DNA of 64,000 bases from an uncultured Spirochaetota bacterium (GCA_963845535.1 CAWJSK010000002.1:64001-128000); one strand, 5' to 3'; shown: positions 9,459-20,204, numbered from the stretch's first letter. The notes: generated by a model from the sequence alone, not told the origin. Numbers and translations: made by a program.

Positions 9459-9514
9459 CCTTCCTGGATAGCGGAACACGAGACTGAATGAAGTTTCTGC
9501 AATCCAGGTGAAAA

Positions 9515-9991
9515 ATGGCAGGAAACAAGATCGATGCAAACATAAGATGCCCTTCGTGCAACGGACAGCTTTATCCGAGGGTCCTTGTCTGTGATTCGTG
9601 CGGCCTGAAGGTGGAAGGGGAGTTCGTACTGAATGAGTTCGACTCCCTCAGCCCTGACGAGCTGCACTTCCTGAGGGTCTTCGTCCAGTGCGAGGGCAGA
9701 ATCAGGGACATGGAGGCGGCCCTGGGTGTGAGCTACCCCACGGTCAAAGGGCTCCTGGCGTCGATCAAAGATAAGTTGAGCCAGAGGAGCCCGCGCTTCG
9801 CGGCCACCGCGCCACGGCGGGAAGGTGACGCAGCGGACGGCATTGACACCGCTGGCCCCGGGGCCGGGGGGGCCTCGAATGAAGCATCGGCTGACCAGAT
9901 CCTGGACCAGCTGGAGAGCGGGCAGCTCAGCTACAAGGATGCGGTGCGTCAGCTCCGCTCAGCCAGGAAGAAGGAGAATCGGAATGGGTGA
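9515..9991 (+). CDS. DUF2089 family (zinc ribbon + HTH) putative regulator
   Basis: CPSC..CDSC, EGEF, GRIRDMEAALGVSYPTVK, and a C-terminal SHOCT-like ILDQLESGQLS. Confidence 0.85.
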   Translation: MAGNKIDANIRCPSCNGQLYPRVLVCDSCGLKVEGEFVLNEFDSLSPDELHFLRVFVQCEGRIRDMEAALGVSYPTVKGLLASIKDKLSQRSPRFAATAPRREGDAADGIDTAGPGAGGASNEASADQILDQLESGQLSYKDAVRQLRSARKKENRNG

Positions 9992-11174
9992 TTCACGGGA
10001 GGACAAAATCCGCGCAATGCAGGAGAAAGGGACGATCACGGAGGAGCAGGCGAACGAGCTGATTGCCGCCCTTCGTGAAGAGCCGCGGGAAGAGATCCAT
10101 GAGGAGGCCCGTGAAGGGGCCCCGGGGGATCGCCATGAAAATCGCCACAGCCATCGTCGGCGCGATTGGGACTGGGACTGGAACTGGAACGGCGCAACAC
10201 ACGCCCATGACTCGAAATATGACCCGCGCTCAGGCGCCTACGAATACAGGTACCACTACCGCTGGGACCCGAAGTGGTGGGGTGGAGAGAACGCGCAGAA
10301 CTTCTCCCGCGTCGAGCAGCCGCAGGGGGAGAGCTTCGAGTTCAAGGACAACCGTGTCACGTTCAGCAAGATCAGGGACCTGCGGCTTGTACGTTCAAAG
10401 GTGAATGACAACACCTTTTCCGCTTCTTCGGTGCATGACGTGGACCTGACGGACAGTGAGATGATCAACAACTCCCTGGCCGGGGCATCGTTCCAGGACC
10501 TGCGCATGGAGAAGGCTGAGATGAAGGGGAACTCACTGGCAGGCACCAAGCTCCATAACATGTCCATTCGCGGAGACTCCGCCTTGCGCAGCTCGGACCT
10601 TTCCGGGTCGAGCATCTCCGACATCTCGCTGCTCGCGGGGAGCGCCATTGAGGACACTCGGCTTTCCGGTGCGGTCCTGCACGACGTGTCCCTCGACAAC
10701 GGGTCGAAAATCTCAGGCAGCGGGCTGAGCGGATCAAAGCTCTCTGACGTGACTCTTGCATCGTCCCAGATCAGAAACACGGAGATGTCAGGGAGCGTTT
10801 TGCAGAAGGTGAGCTTCCAGCGGTCCGAGCTGACCGACTGCACCTTCACGGGAGTGCGTTTTCACAAGTGCGACATCCAGGGAGCCAAGATTGAAGGATC
10901 ACGCATCAAGGCAGTTGGCTTTGATGACCTTCAGATCCAGGACAGCGTGATGAAGAACGTCGAGATCCGCGGAGATTTCGACCATTTTCGCAGGCAGGCT
11001 CAAGAGCTAACCATCCGTGATGCAACCCTGGAGAACGTGGTCTTCGTGAACTGCACGCTCAGGGGGACGACGATCAAAGGGATCACAGCAACCAACCTTC
11101 GCATTGAAGGGAAAGATCTTTCAGGTATGACGATCGATAATCTCGAAGCGCTGCAGGGACTTGGAAAGAGCTGA
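9984..11174 (+). CDS. Pentapeptide-repeat protein with N-terminal SHOCT-like segment
   Basis: IRAMQEKGTITEEQANELIAAL, then long 5-residue periodic repeats (SLAGA/SFQDL/...). Start ATG 9984 follows AAGGAG. Confidence 0.75.
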   Translation: MGDSREDKIRAMQEKGTITEEQANELIAALREEPREEIHEEAREGAPGDRHENRHSHRRRDWDWDWNWNGATHAHDSKYDPRSGAYEYRYHYRWDPKWWGGENAQNFSRVEQPQGESFEFKDNRVTFSKIRDLRLVRSKVNDNTFSASSVHDVDLTDSEMINNSLAGASFQDLRMEKAEMKGNSLAGTKLHNMSIRGDSALRSSDLSGSSISDISLLAGSAIEDTRLSGAVLHDVSLDNGSKISGSGLSGSKLSDVTLASSQIRNTEMSGSVLQKVSFQRSELTDCTFTGVRFHKCDIQGAKIEGSRIKAVGFDDLQIQDSVMKNVEIRGDFDHFRRQAQELTIRDATLENVVFVNCTLRGTTIKGITATNLRIEGKDLSGMTIDNLEALQGLGKS

Positions 11175-11250
11175 GATAAGTCGATGTAAGCCTGGGATCG
11201 AAATCAAGATTCTGAACAACTCACCCCTGATGGGGAGAAGGAGATATCGC

Positions 11251-12219
11251 ATGGCGATCATCAGTGTTCGAGGTTTGAGAAAAACCTACAAATCAAAGGG
11301 GAAGAAGAAGGGCGGCCTTGTAGAGGCGGTCAAAGGGATTGACCTGACCGTCCAGAAAGGCGAGATATTCGGTTTCCTCGGGCCAAACGGCGCGGGGAAG
11401 AGCACCACGTTGAAGATGCTTTCAACGCTCCTGGCGCCGGACGGAGGCGAAGCGACGATTGCAGGGTTCGACCTGCTGGCGCATCCGGCCAAGGTCAGGC
11501 GCCAGATCGGCTACGTGAGCCAGGCGGGAGGAGCGGACGGCTCGGCCACGGGCCGGGAAGACCTGATGCTCCAGGCCCAGCTTTTCGGACTGTCGAACGA
11601 CAAGGCAAAGCATCGGGCGGATGAGCTGATCAAAGCGCTGGAGCTGGAGCCCTTCGTCGACAGGTTCTCCCGAACGTACTCAGGCGGACAGCGTAGAAAG
11701 CTCGACATCGCGCTGGGCATGGTGCACCAGCCTACAGTGCTCTTCCTGGATGAGCCCACGACGGGGCTTGACCCAGTGAGCCGCGCGCAGCTTTGGAACC
11801 AGATCAGGCTGCTTCGAAGCCAGGGGACCACGATCTTCCTGACCACGCATTACATGGATGAGGCGGACGCGCTGTGCGAAAGGATCGCAATCATCGACAA
11901 GGGCCTGATTGTCGCGGAAGACACCCCCATCGGGCTGAAGCGGGGAATCTCCGGCGACATCCTCTCCCTCACCGTCAACCACGTGGAAAATGCGGCAGAG
12001 GTTTCTCAGGACGCCCTTCGAGAGCTTGATTTCGTCCGCGAGATGACAGCGGATGGGGCCAACCTCAAGCTTGTGGTGACTCACGGTGGAGAAGCCATCC
12101 CCGTTGTGCTTCGGCTCCTGGAAAGCCGGGGCGTGGGAGTGGCGGACATCTCTCTCTCCCGGCCGAGCCTTGATGACGTGTTTCTTCGCATGACCGGCCA
12201 TTCCCTTGCAAAGGAGTAA
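11251..12219 (+). CDS. ABC exporter ATP-binding subunit (DrrA-like)
   Basis: GPNGAGKS, YSGGQ, LFLDEPT, TTH and C-terminal PSLDDVF. Confidence 0.92.
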   Translation: MAIISVRGLRKTYKSKGKKKGGLVEAVKGIDLTVQKGEIFGFLGPNGAGKSTTLKMLSTLLAPDGGEATIAGFDLLAHPAKVRRQIGYVSQAGGADGSATGREDLMLQAQLFGLSNDKAKHRADELIKALELEPFVDRFSRTYSGGQRRKLDIALGMVHQPTVLFLDEPTTGLDPVSRAQLWNQIRLLRSQGTTIFLTTHYMDEADALCERIAIIDKGLIVAEDTPIGLKRGISGDILSLTVNHVENAAEVSQDALRELDFVREMTADGANLKLVVTHGGEAIPVVLRLLESRGVGVADISLSRPSLDDVFLRMTGHSLAKE

Positions 12220-12223
12220 TGCA

Positions 12224-12991
12224 ATGAGATTTTGGAAGGAGTTGCAGGCTTCTTTTCGTCCGCGGCCGTTCATGGATCGCTTCGTAATCCGATCTGGTTG
12301 TTCCTGGGGCTGTTCCAGCCGGCGCTGTATCTTCTCCTGTTCGCTCCGCTCCTGCAGGGCCTGGGAAACGTTCCCGGGGTTCTCCGACCGGCGGCGCGTA
12401 CGCGGTCTTCACGCCGGGCCTTCTCGTAATGATCGCGCTTTTCGGGACCGCGTACGCGGGTTTCGGCCTCGTTGACCAGATCAGGTCAGGCGTTGTCGAA
12501 CGGCTCCTGGTAACTCCGGCCAGCCGCATGGCAATCCTCCTGGGCTACGTGGCGACGGGACGTCGTGGTGCTGCTCGATGCAGTCGTGCGTCATCATCGC
12601 CATCGCGGTGCCCATGGGGCTCAGCGTGAGTCTTCCCGGCCTGCTCGTGACGTTCGCCATGATGGTGCTGACCGGCACCCTGATGGCTTCCTGCTCATAC
12701 GCTCTGGCTCTGCTGTTGAAACGTGAGGATACTCTCGCGTCCGTTCTCAACACGGTGGCAACCCCGCTTCTCCTGCTGTCCGGGATCACGCTGCCGCTCA
12801 CACTCGCGCCGAAGATCATCCGCTCTATCGCCTCGGTGAACCCGTTTGCGTATGAGGTCACCGCCTCGCGGTCCCTGTTCCTGGGCAACTTCGCCGACTC
12901 CGCCATTACCGTGGGGTTGGTCTTCCTTGGCGGCCTGGCCCTCCTGGCGTTCATCTGGGCCGCGCGATCCTTCCGCAAGGGAACCGCGTAA
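12224..12991 (+). CDS. ABC-2 type permease (DrrB-like), several frameshifts
   Basis: Fragments in successive frames: LRNPIWLFLGLFQPALYLLLF / SGVVERLLVTPASR / PLLLLSGITLPL..NPFAYEV. Confidence 0.75.
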
Positions 12992-13005
12992 GAGGAGGAC
13001 GTGAC

Positions 13006-13707
13006 ATGAACGTAATCGAGCTTCGAGGCGTGAAGAAAGATTACCCGCTAGGTGCCACGACGGTGCACGCGCTGCGCGGAGTGGACCTGGCCATCAGGGA
13101 AGGGGACTTCATCTCCATCGTAGGCCCCTCGGGAAGCGGCAAGACGACGCTGTTGAACATCATCGGGTGCATCGACCATGCCTCCGAAGGGGTGGTGAGG
13201 ATCCATGAGGAAGACGTGACGACCTACACGGACCGAAGGCTCACGGACCTTAGGCTTCACACCATCGGATTCATATTCCAGACCTTCAACCTGATCCCGG
13301 TGCTGACCACGCGGGAGAACGTGGAGTTCCCGCTTTTGTTGATGAAGGAAGGTTTGTCCCGCAAGGAGATCCGCGAACGCGCGGAGAAGCTCATCGAGGA
13401 GGTGGGGCTGACGGAGCAGATCAGCCACAAGCCCTACGAGCTTTCGGGAGGACAGCGACAGCGGGTGGCCATAGCGCGCGCGCTGGTGACCCGGCCCACC
13501 ATCGTGCTTGCGGATGAGCCCACGGCGAACCTGGACTCAGAGACAGGGGAGATGATCCTGAAGCTGATGAAGGAGCTGAACAGGATCGAGAAGACCACCT
13601 TCATCTTCTCCACGCATGACGCGGACATCCTGAAATACGCCAACGGGGTGGTGAAGATCAAAGACGGATTGATGGTCGACGACGGGCGCGGCCCTGCATC
13701 CAACTGA
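13006..13707 (+). CDS. ABC ATP-binding subunit (LolD/MacB-type)
   Basis: GPSGSGKT, LSGGQRQR, ADEPTANLD. Confidence 0.93.
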   Translation: MNVIELRGVKKDYPLGATTVHALRGVDLAIREGDFISIVGPSGSGKTTLLNIIGCIDHASEGVVRIHEEDVTTYTDRRLTDLRLHTIGFIFQTFNLIPVLTTRENVEFPLLLMKEGLSRKEIRERAEKLIEEVGLTEQISHKPYELSGGQRQRVAIARALVTRPTIVLADEPTANLDSETGEMILKLMKELNRIEKTTFIFSTHDADILKYANGVVKIKDGLMVDDGRGPASN

Positions 13708-13720
13708 AAGGCAGGACCAG

Positions 13721-15232
13721 ATGCTGACACTGAAGATAGCGTGGAGGAGCCTGCTGCGGCACAAGGCCAAGAGTCTCGTGATCGGGGTGATCCTGTTCCT
13801 GGGGGCCTTCATCATGACGCTGGGGGATGCCACGGCAATCGGGATGAGGCGGGGAATCGAAGAGAACCTTGTGAAAAGCTTCACGGGCAACGTGGTGCTG
13901 GTGAGTAGCGAGGAGACAAAGGACAACGTGCTTTTTACCCCGATGACCAAGCCTTTGAAGATCCTGAAGGACTATGACCAGGTGCGTTCCGTGCTCCAGC
14001 AGCAAAGCTACGTGAAGGATTTCCTGCCGATGACGCGTGGAGGAGTTTCGGTGCTGGGCGGGCAGGAAATGAACTTCATGATGACCTTCGGCTGCAACTT
14101 CGACGACTTCCAGCAGGTGTTTGGCAACCCCATCAAGCCCGTGGAAGGGCACCTCCTGCACAACGGGGAGCATGGGATCATGCTGAACGTGCAGGGCAGG
14201 GAGGACCAGTACAAGTCGCAAGGCTACTGGCTGGTGCCGGAAGGCACGCAACTGGATAAGGCCAACCTGAGCGATGAAGCAAAGAAGGAAATCGATCTGG
14301 AGACAAGAAGCTCCCTCGCCCTGGAAGGCTTCGGAGAGGTGAACTCCACGAACATGGACGTGCCCGTTGCGGGGGTGATGAGGTTCAAAGGCATGAACAC
14401 GCTGTTCGAGCAGGTAACGATCATGGACATCGAGACGTATCGGCAGCTCTTCGGCTACTACACGGCGGAAGACGTCGTGTCAAAGCTCCCCCCGCGGGAA
14501 AGCGCGCTTCTGTCCGCAGGGGAGGACTCGCTGTTCGGGGGCGGAGACATCTACTCCACGGGGAAGGCCAGCGCCAACGTGACCCAGCTGGAGAAGGAAC
14601 TGCGGACGCCTGTGACCGTGACGCACAAGATCAACTTCGACGAGGCCGCGTACAACTACGTCTCCGTGCTCCTGAAGCCGGGGGTCAGCACGGACTCCGC
14701 GGTGGCGAAGCTGAAGAAAGTGATGAAAGACAACAACCTGCCGGTGAAAGTGCTGAGCTGGGAAAAGGCCTCAGGGCAGGTGGCCTCTACGGCGGACGTC
14801 CTTCAAACCATCATTTACGTTTTCGTGATTCTCCTGTTCTTCGTGGCCATCATCATCATCATGAACACCCTGAGCATGAACGCGCTGGAGCGCACGGAGG
14901 AGTTCGGGATGATGAGGGCAGTGGGGGCGCAAAAGGACTTCGTCACGAAGATGTTCCTGGCGGAAACGTTCTCCCTGTCATTCGTGTTCGGAGGGGCGGG
15001 GATCCTGGTGGGAGTGATTGGGACGTGGATTGTCCGGGGGCTTCACATCGTCTCCGCGGGGAATCGAATCTTCGAGCTCATCTTCGGCGGGGAAATCTTC
15101 CGGCCGACGCTGGGGTTCGTTGGGCTGGTAGTGGGGATCATCGGGCTTGCGGCCGTGACGGTTTTTGCGGTGCTGTACCCGGTGCGGGTGGCTCGGAGGA
15201 TCACTCCTCTTGATGCCATCAACAGACACTAA
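13721..15232 (+). CDS. FtsX/LolE-like ABC permease
   Basis: N-term TM, large periplasmic loop, ERTEEFGMMRAVG and C-terminal TMs. Confidence 0.88.
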   Translation: MLTLKIAWRSLLRHKAKSLVIGVILFLGAFIMTLGDATAIGMRRGIEENLVKSFTGNVVLVSSEETKDNVLFTPMTKPLKILKDYDQVRSVLQQQSYVKDFLPMTRGGVSVLGGQEMNFMMTFGCNFDDFQQVFGNPIKPVEGHLLHNGEHGIMLNVQGREDQYKSQGYWLVPEGTQLDKANLSDEAKKEIDLETRSSLALEGFGEVNSTNMDVPVAGVMRFKGMNTLFEQVTIMDIETYRQLFGYYTAEDVVSKLPPRESALLSAGEDSLFGGGDIYSTGKASANVTQLEKELRTPVTVTHKINFDEAAYNYVSVLLKPGVSTDSAVAKLKKVMKDNNLPVKVLSWEKASGQVASTADVLQTIIYVFVILLFFVAIIIIMNTLSMNALERTEEFGMMRAVGAQKDFVTKMFLAETFSLSFVFGGAGILVGVIGTWIVRGLHIVSAGNRIFELIFGGEIFRPTLGFVGLVVGIIGLAAVTVFAVLYPVRVARRITPLDAINRH

Positions 15233-15254
15233 TGGTAGGAATCGAGGAAAGAAC

Positions 15255-15431
15255 ATGACGAAAACCGCCAAGACTCGGACCGCAAAACAGCGGAGTATCG
15301 GCTCTCTTGCCGCCAGGGCGTGCCGCGGCCTCTCCTGGGGCGTGGGAACGGCGATTTTCACCTGCTTCCTCGAGGTGATTGATTCCTTCATGGACGGTCT
15401 TACCGACGTCCTGTTCACTGATGAGACATGA
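15255..15431 (+). CDS. 58-aa small protein resembling the N-terminus/TM1 of the next permease
   Basis: GAGG RBS and ATGA overlap with the next gene; SFMDGLTDVLF versus SFTNGLTDILF in the permease. Confidence 0.5.
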   Translation: MTKTAKTRTAKQRSIGSLAARACRGLSWGVGTAIFTCFLEVIDSFMDGLTDVLFTDET

Positions 15432-17219
15432 GAGGGGATATGGGTACTTTGATATCACGCGCGCGGAGCGCTCGCGTCATTGCCTCTATTGCGTTTCGAA
15501 ATCTCGTGCGGCAGTTCCGGCGCAACATGCTCCTGGGGATCGGGATCACCGTCAGCATGTGCATCCTGGTGGTCACCGCATCATTCACGAACGGCCTCAC
15601 GGACATCCTGTTCAACCACGTGCTGATCTACTGGACAGGGCACATACGGGTGATCGAAGACTCCTATGTCACCCGGCGCAGCGACATCATTCGGGAGAAG
15701 GCCAGGTTCATTGAAACGATCAGAAAGACCGTGCCGGGAATCAAGCAGATCGACGAGGTGACCACCACGTACGCCCGCGCCATCGGCAACGGCCGCACCG
15801 CTCTCGTGGCCCTCCTAGGAATGCCGAAAGACCGCACGGACTTCTTCACGCAGGCTCAGCTTTCGTCCGGCAACCCGAGGGACATCTTCAAGCCCGACGT
15901 ATTTCCCGCGATCCTGCTCTACCGAAATACGGCGCAAGACCTCAACGTGGGGATGAACGACATCGTCACCATGCGCTTCGACACAATCTACGGCCAGTCG
16001 CAGGCGCCCAAGTTCAAGGTGGTGGGCATCATCCCTTCGCAAAACGTTTTCCAGGACACGGGCGTTTTCATCGACATGGCAACGCTCAAGGGCTTGTTGA
16101 ACATGAAGCCGGATGAGACGCAGGCGCTGAACATCGTCACCACCTATCCCGAGGATGAGAAACGGATTGCGGCCGTGGCGGATGCGCTGCGCTCCGCGCT
16201 CACTCCCGAGGCGGCAGGCGTAAAGGCGACATTCACCGCTGGAGACAGGAAGGTAGCGGCGGACGCGTTTGCGCTGAGGCTGGACGATCCCGCAGCCAGC
16301 CAGGTCGCGACGAAAAAGCCTTCACTTCGTGAAAGGAGACCTTGGGTCCCTCGCACAAACCAAGGACGGAATCATTCTCACGGAGCCGCTGGCGACGCAG
16401 CTCGGCGCCACGGTGGGCACACACGTGAGCTACAGCTACATACCGAAGAGCGGCACGGACGGTGCGAACACCGTGGCCAGGGACCTCGTTGTGACGGGGG
16501 TAGTGAAGTCCATCTCCCCGTTCGCGGATGCCACGGCTTTCGCCAACCCGCAGGTCTTCTACCAGACCTTCTACTGGAACATCCCGCGTCAGCCCGCCAC
16601 GGTGGCGCATGACGCCGCTCTCTTCAATGCGCTATTGCCGGAGTGGGACGTCATGGCCAATAGCCCCACCAGCGACTCTCTCACGAAAAAGAACCAGCTT
16701 CTGGACCGCCAGTCGTGGAAAGGCGCGAAGGTGGACGTTCAGACCATGTTTGCTCTTGCCAGTTTCGTAGTCGATTTTCAGAAGGGCCTCAATTCCGTGT
16801 CCTTCGTGGCGGTGCTCGTGCTGTTCTTCGTGATCCTCATTGGTGTGGTGAATACCATGAGGATGAGCATCCGGGAACGCACGCGGGAAATCGGCACCAA
16901 CCGGGCCATCGGGATGCAGCGCGGGGACGTGCGGAGCGTGTTCGTGCTGGAGATCGTGTTCCTGGCAATCCTGTCCTGCGTGATCGGGATCCTCCTGGCA
17001 TACGGACTGATGGGGATCCTTGGCCAGATCAATTTCAATTTGAAGGACAATCCGTTCGGCATGTTCTTCCTGAACCAGCACATGCATTACGTGCCGACCG
17101 CCGCTTCCATTGGGGGAAACCTCGCCACGATCGTGCTGGTGGCCTTTCTGATAGCATTCTTCACGGCCCGGCGCGCGGCAAAGATGAGAGTTGCTGATGC
17201 GCTTCGCCACTACGAATAG
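15428..17219 (+). CDS. FtsX/LolE-like ABC permease (frameshift near 16320)
   Basis: ORFs 15428-16612 and 16329-17219 together form one permease; ERTREIGTNRAIG. Confidence 0.82.
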
Positions 17220-17228
17220 GAGAGATCG

Positions 17229-18002
17229 ATGAAGGGAATCACAGTTACACTTGCGCTCGCAGTCACGCTCGCAGCGGCCCCCGCCCTCTGGGCCAACCCC
17301 TCGGTGGGCGAGATCATCGACGAGGTGGACACCCACTTGCAGCTGAAAAGCGACATGACCGCGCAGGCGCGCATCACAACGAGGGACCCCGAGCAGGGCA
17401 CGAAGGTCATCGACAGCGTGTACTACAGGCGCGACAGTGACGACGCGTTCCTCATCGTCATCGCCTCTCCCGAGAGCGACCGAGGCAACGGGTACATGAG
17501 GGTTGGGGACAACCTGTGGATGTACAAGCGGGCCACGAGGACCTTCACGCACATCGGCCGTGATGAGAAGATCGGCGGGTCCAACGCGAGCGCCGGGGAC
17601 ATGGAGACGCGCAAGTTCAAGGACCTGTACAAGCCTTCGCTTGACGCCTCCGGGAAGGAGATCATTTCCGAGGAGATGCTGGCGGGCAAGATCCCCGTGT
17701 ACCGTGTGGAGGTGGTGGCGAAGGTCAACGACGTGAAGTACCCGAAGCTGGTGATGTGGGTCACTCGGGACAAGTACCTGGAGCTGAAGCGGGAATGCTA
17801 CAGCCTGTCGGGGACGCTGATGGAGACAGACCTGTACACCAACTACAAGGACGTGGACGGGCGCTACGTGCCGCTTCTGATGAAGTTCACTGATGAGGTG
17901 GAGAAGGGGAACATGTCGGTGCTGGAGATCACGGGGATCAACTTCTCCAAGGTGGATGACTACAAGTTCGACAAGTCGTATCTGGAAAGCCTGAGCAAGT
18001 AA
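17229..18002 (+). CDS. Outer-membrane lipoprotein-sorting (LolA-like, TP0789 family) protein
   Basis: Signal peptide, P..DRGNGYMRVGDNLWMY, and the usual position after LolDE-like genes. Confidence 0.8.
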   Translation: MKGITVTLALAVTLAAAPALWANPSVGEIIDEVDTHLQLKSDMTAQARITTRDPEQGTKVIDSVYYRRDSDDAFLIVIASPESDRGNGYMRVGDNLWMYKRATRTFTHIGRDEKIGGSNASAGDMETRKFKDLYKPSLDASGKEIISEEMLAGKIPVYRVEVVAKVNDVKYPKLVMWVTRDKYLELKRECYSLSGTLMETDLYTNYKDVDGRYVPLLMKFTDEVEKGNMSVLEITGINFSKVDDYKFDKSYLESLSK

Positions 18003-18056
18003 GCGGCGGGCCAGCTCGCGACGCGCGCTCGCCGCGCGGCCCCCCGAGACATAACG

Positions 18057-18101
18057 AAAACGGCGAAAGTGGAAAGTCGTTTGCCACTTTCGCCGTTTTT
18101 T
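18057..18101. terminator. Bidirectional intrinsic terminator
   Basis: AAAACGGCGAAAGTGG-loop-CCACTTTCGCCGTTTTTT between convergent genes. Confidence 0.85.
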
Positions 18102-18161
18102 ATAGGCACGCTGATAGCGCTGATGGGGGCGCGGCCCCCGGGGCAGACCGGCAAAGACCCT

Positions 18162-19592
18162 CTATGCCGCTGCTCCGCTGGAAGACTCCATGCGCGGCCT
18201 TGCCTCGCGGTCCTCGGGTTGCGCCCTGAATGCCAGCACCGAAGCCAGCGTGCCGACCTGGGCGGCAACCATCACGACAAGCACCAGTCTCATCGCGGAA
18301 AGCCCCAACGCGCCTTGCAGGCTCGGGCTCCAGATGATGGTGGCGACCGTCGGACCAAGAGCAAAGCCGAGGAACCGGCCCGTGTTGAGGATTCCGCCGC
18401 CGACTCCCAGATGGTCACGCGGGGTCGCCGCCATGATGGCGACATTGCTGGGCGGGATGTAGAAGCCGAAGCCCAGGCCGATGACTGCAAGGCGGACGGC
18501 GACATCCGCCATGCTCCAGCTTCCGCTCAGGGGCAGACAGAGGATCACGCCGAGGAGGGCCATGCCCGCTCCGAGGGCAGCGGGAAGCTGCGGGCGGAAC
18601 CGGTCAGAGAGCCTCCCCCCTACCTGGGAAGCCGTGGCGATCCCGAGAGGAAGGAAGAGGAGGGTCAGGCCGGCTTTCTCAGGCCCCATGCGCAGCGTGT
18701 TTTCCAGGAAGAACGGAAGGATGAAGCCGAGCCCAGACGCGCTGAGCGTGCTCATCATGAGACCCGCAAGCGGTATGGAAAAGTTGCTGCGCCTCACCAG
18801 GGAAAGCGGCAGAAGAGGGTTTCTGGCCCGGCGTTCGATCATGGCGAACACGGCCACTGCGGCAAGACAGCCTGCAAGGAGCATCGTGTCGATAATAGTC
18901 AGCCTTCCGTTCGAGGGAGAAAGACCGAGGATCAGAAATACGAGGGAGGCGGTGAAAAGGGCCGCTCCCCATCCGTCGAATGCCTGGATGCGCTTCGTGG
19001 AGTCCGCGGGCAGAAGCCGGGCAATGAGGATGAAGGAAATGACGCCGAAAGGAACGTTGATATAGAAAATGGCCGGCCAGCTGAATGCCCCGATGAGCAG
19101 TCCTCCGACGCTGGGCCCCACAACGCCTCCCAGCGGCACGATCAAGGCGATGATCGCCATTGCCCGGCCTCTCTCCTCAGGGGCGAAGTTGGCGGTGGCG
19201 ATGGCGAGTATCGCGGACCCCAGGCACGCCCCGCCGAGTCCCTGGATGATGCGGTAGAAGACAATCTGGACGAGGGACTGCGCGGTCCCGCACAGGACGC
19301 TGCCTGCCACGAACAGCACGACTCCAATGAGGGTGATTCTCTTTCGGCCAATCACGTCCGAAAGGGCGCCGAATGCTCCGAGAAGCGCCGTTGTAGGAAG
19401 GATGTAGCTCAGCACGACCCAGCGCACATCAGCGCTCACGTGGAACGTGCGGGCCATGATGGGAAGCGCGACGTTGACGACGTTCGAGTCAAGGGCCGCC
19501 ATGAAAACGGCGAGGGACGCGCCGGCAAGCCCCCACCATCGGAAGCGATGCTCTCTGCTGGAGGAAATAAGGATATCGGAAGGGCCTGGCAT
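18162..19592 (-). CDS. MFS efflux transporter (DHA2, 14-TMS)
   Basis: LDSNVVNVALP, GALSDVIGRKR, RIIQGLG. Confidence 0.9.
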   Translation of the reverse strand: MPGPSDILISSSREHRFRWWGLAGASLAVFMAALDSNVVNVALPIMARTFHVSADVRWVVLSYILPTTALLGAFGALSDVIGRKRITLIGVVLFVAGSVLCGTAQSLVQIVFYRIIQGLGGACLGSAILAIATANFAPEERGRAMAIIALIVPLGGVVGPSVGGLLIGAFSWPAIFYINVPFGVISFILIARLLPADSTKRIQAFDGWGAALFTASLVFLILGLSPSNGRLTIIDTMLLAGCLAAVAVFAMIERRARNPLLPLSLVRRSNFSIPLAGLMMSTLSASGLGFILPFFLENTLRMGPEKAGLTLLFLPLGIATASQVGGRLSDRFRPQLPAALGAGMALLGVILCLPLSGSWSMADVAVRLAVIGLGFGFYIPPSNVAIMAATPRDHLGVGGGILNTGRFLGFALGPTVATIIWSPSLQGALGLSAMRLVLVVMVAAQVGTLASVLAFRAQPEDREARPRMESSSGAAA

Positions 19593-19617
19593 CCGAGATG
19601 CCTCCTCTCATGCTTTA

Positions 19618-19679
19618 TACTTAGAGTTCTAAGTAAAAGGCTCGGAATTGATCTGTCAATTTACTTAGAGGTCGAACTA
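19618..19679. promoter_or_regulatory. Probable MarR operator pair overlapping the MFS promoter
   Basis: Perfect palindrome TACTTAGA-GT-TCTAAGTA (19618-19635), a degenerate copy at 19662-19679, and minus-strand TTGACA at 19659-19654 between them. Confidence 0.7.
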
Positions 19680-19701
19680 TGAGTCAAGGAGAATTTTGGG
19701 C

Positions 19702-20166
19702 CTATTTCAGGCTTTCCACGAGGGTACGGAGGAGGCACTTCAGGGATTCGCGCTCGGCGTCCGTGAGGGCAGCGGCCATCCGCCGCTCAACGGGCTCGGT
19801 GGCCTTGCGCAGGCTTTCAATCCGGTGCCGTCCCTTGAGCGTGAGGTACAGCCGCTTCACGCGGGCGTCCATCTCCGAGCGCTCCCGCTTGATCCACCCC
19901 TTGCGCTCCATGCCGTTCACGAGGCTGGTGAGGCTGGGAGGCTCCACCGCCATGTGCTCCACGAGCTCCGTGTGCGTCAGGCCGGGCATGTGATAGAGGA
20001 CGCCGAGGGCCTGCCACTGAGTGGTGGTGACGCCCGCCTTCCGAACCGAAGCGTCCATCTCCCGCCGCATTGCGATATAGGCAAGCTTCACCAGGTGCCC
20101 GACCGTGCCGCCGTGCTTCTCCCAGGGGACCTGGGTCGTCCGTTGATCATGTGTAAGAGCGCCCAT
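19702..20166 (-). CDS. MarR family transcriptional regulator
   Basis: GVTTTQWQAL, LVNGMERKGWIKR..DARVKRLYLT. Start ATG 20166. Confidence 0.9.
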   Translation of the reverse strand: MGALTHDQRTTQVPWEKHGGTVGHLVKLAYIAMRREMDASVRKAGVTTTQWQALGVLYHMPGLTHTELVEHMAVEPPSLTSLVNGMERKGWIKRERSEMDARVKRLYLTLKGRHRIESLRKATEPVERRMAAALTDAERESLKCLLRTLVESLK

Positions 20167-20204
20167 ATCTATTGATGAAAGCCTAATAGCGGCGGGGCGC
20201 GCAG

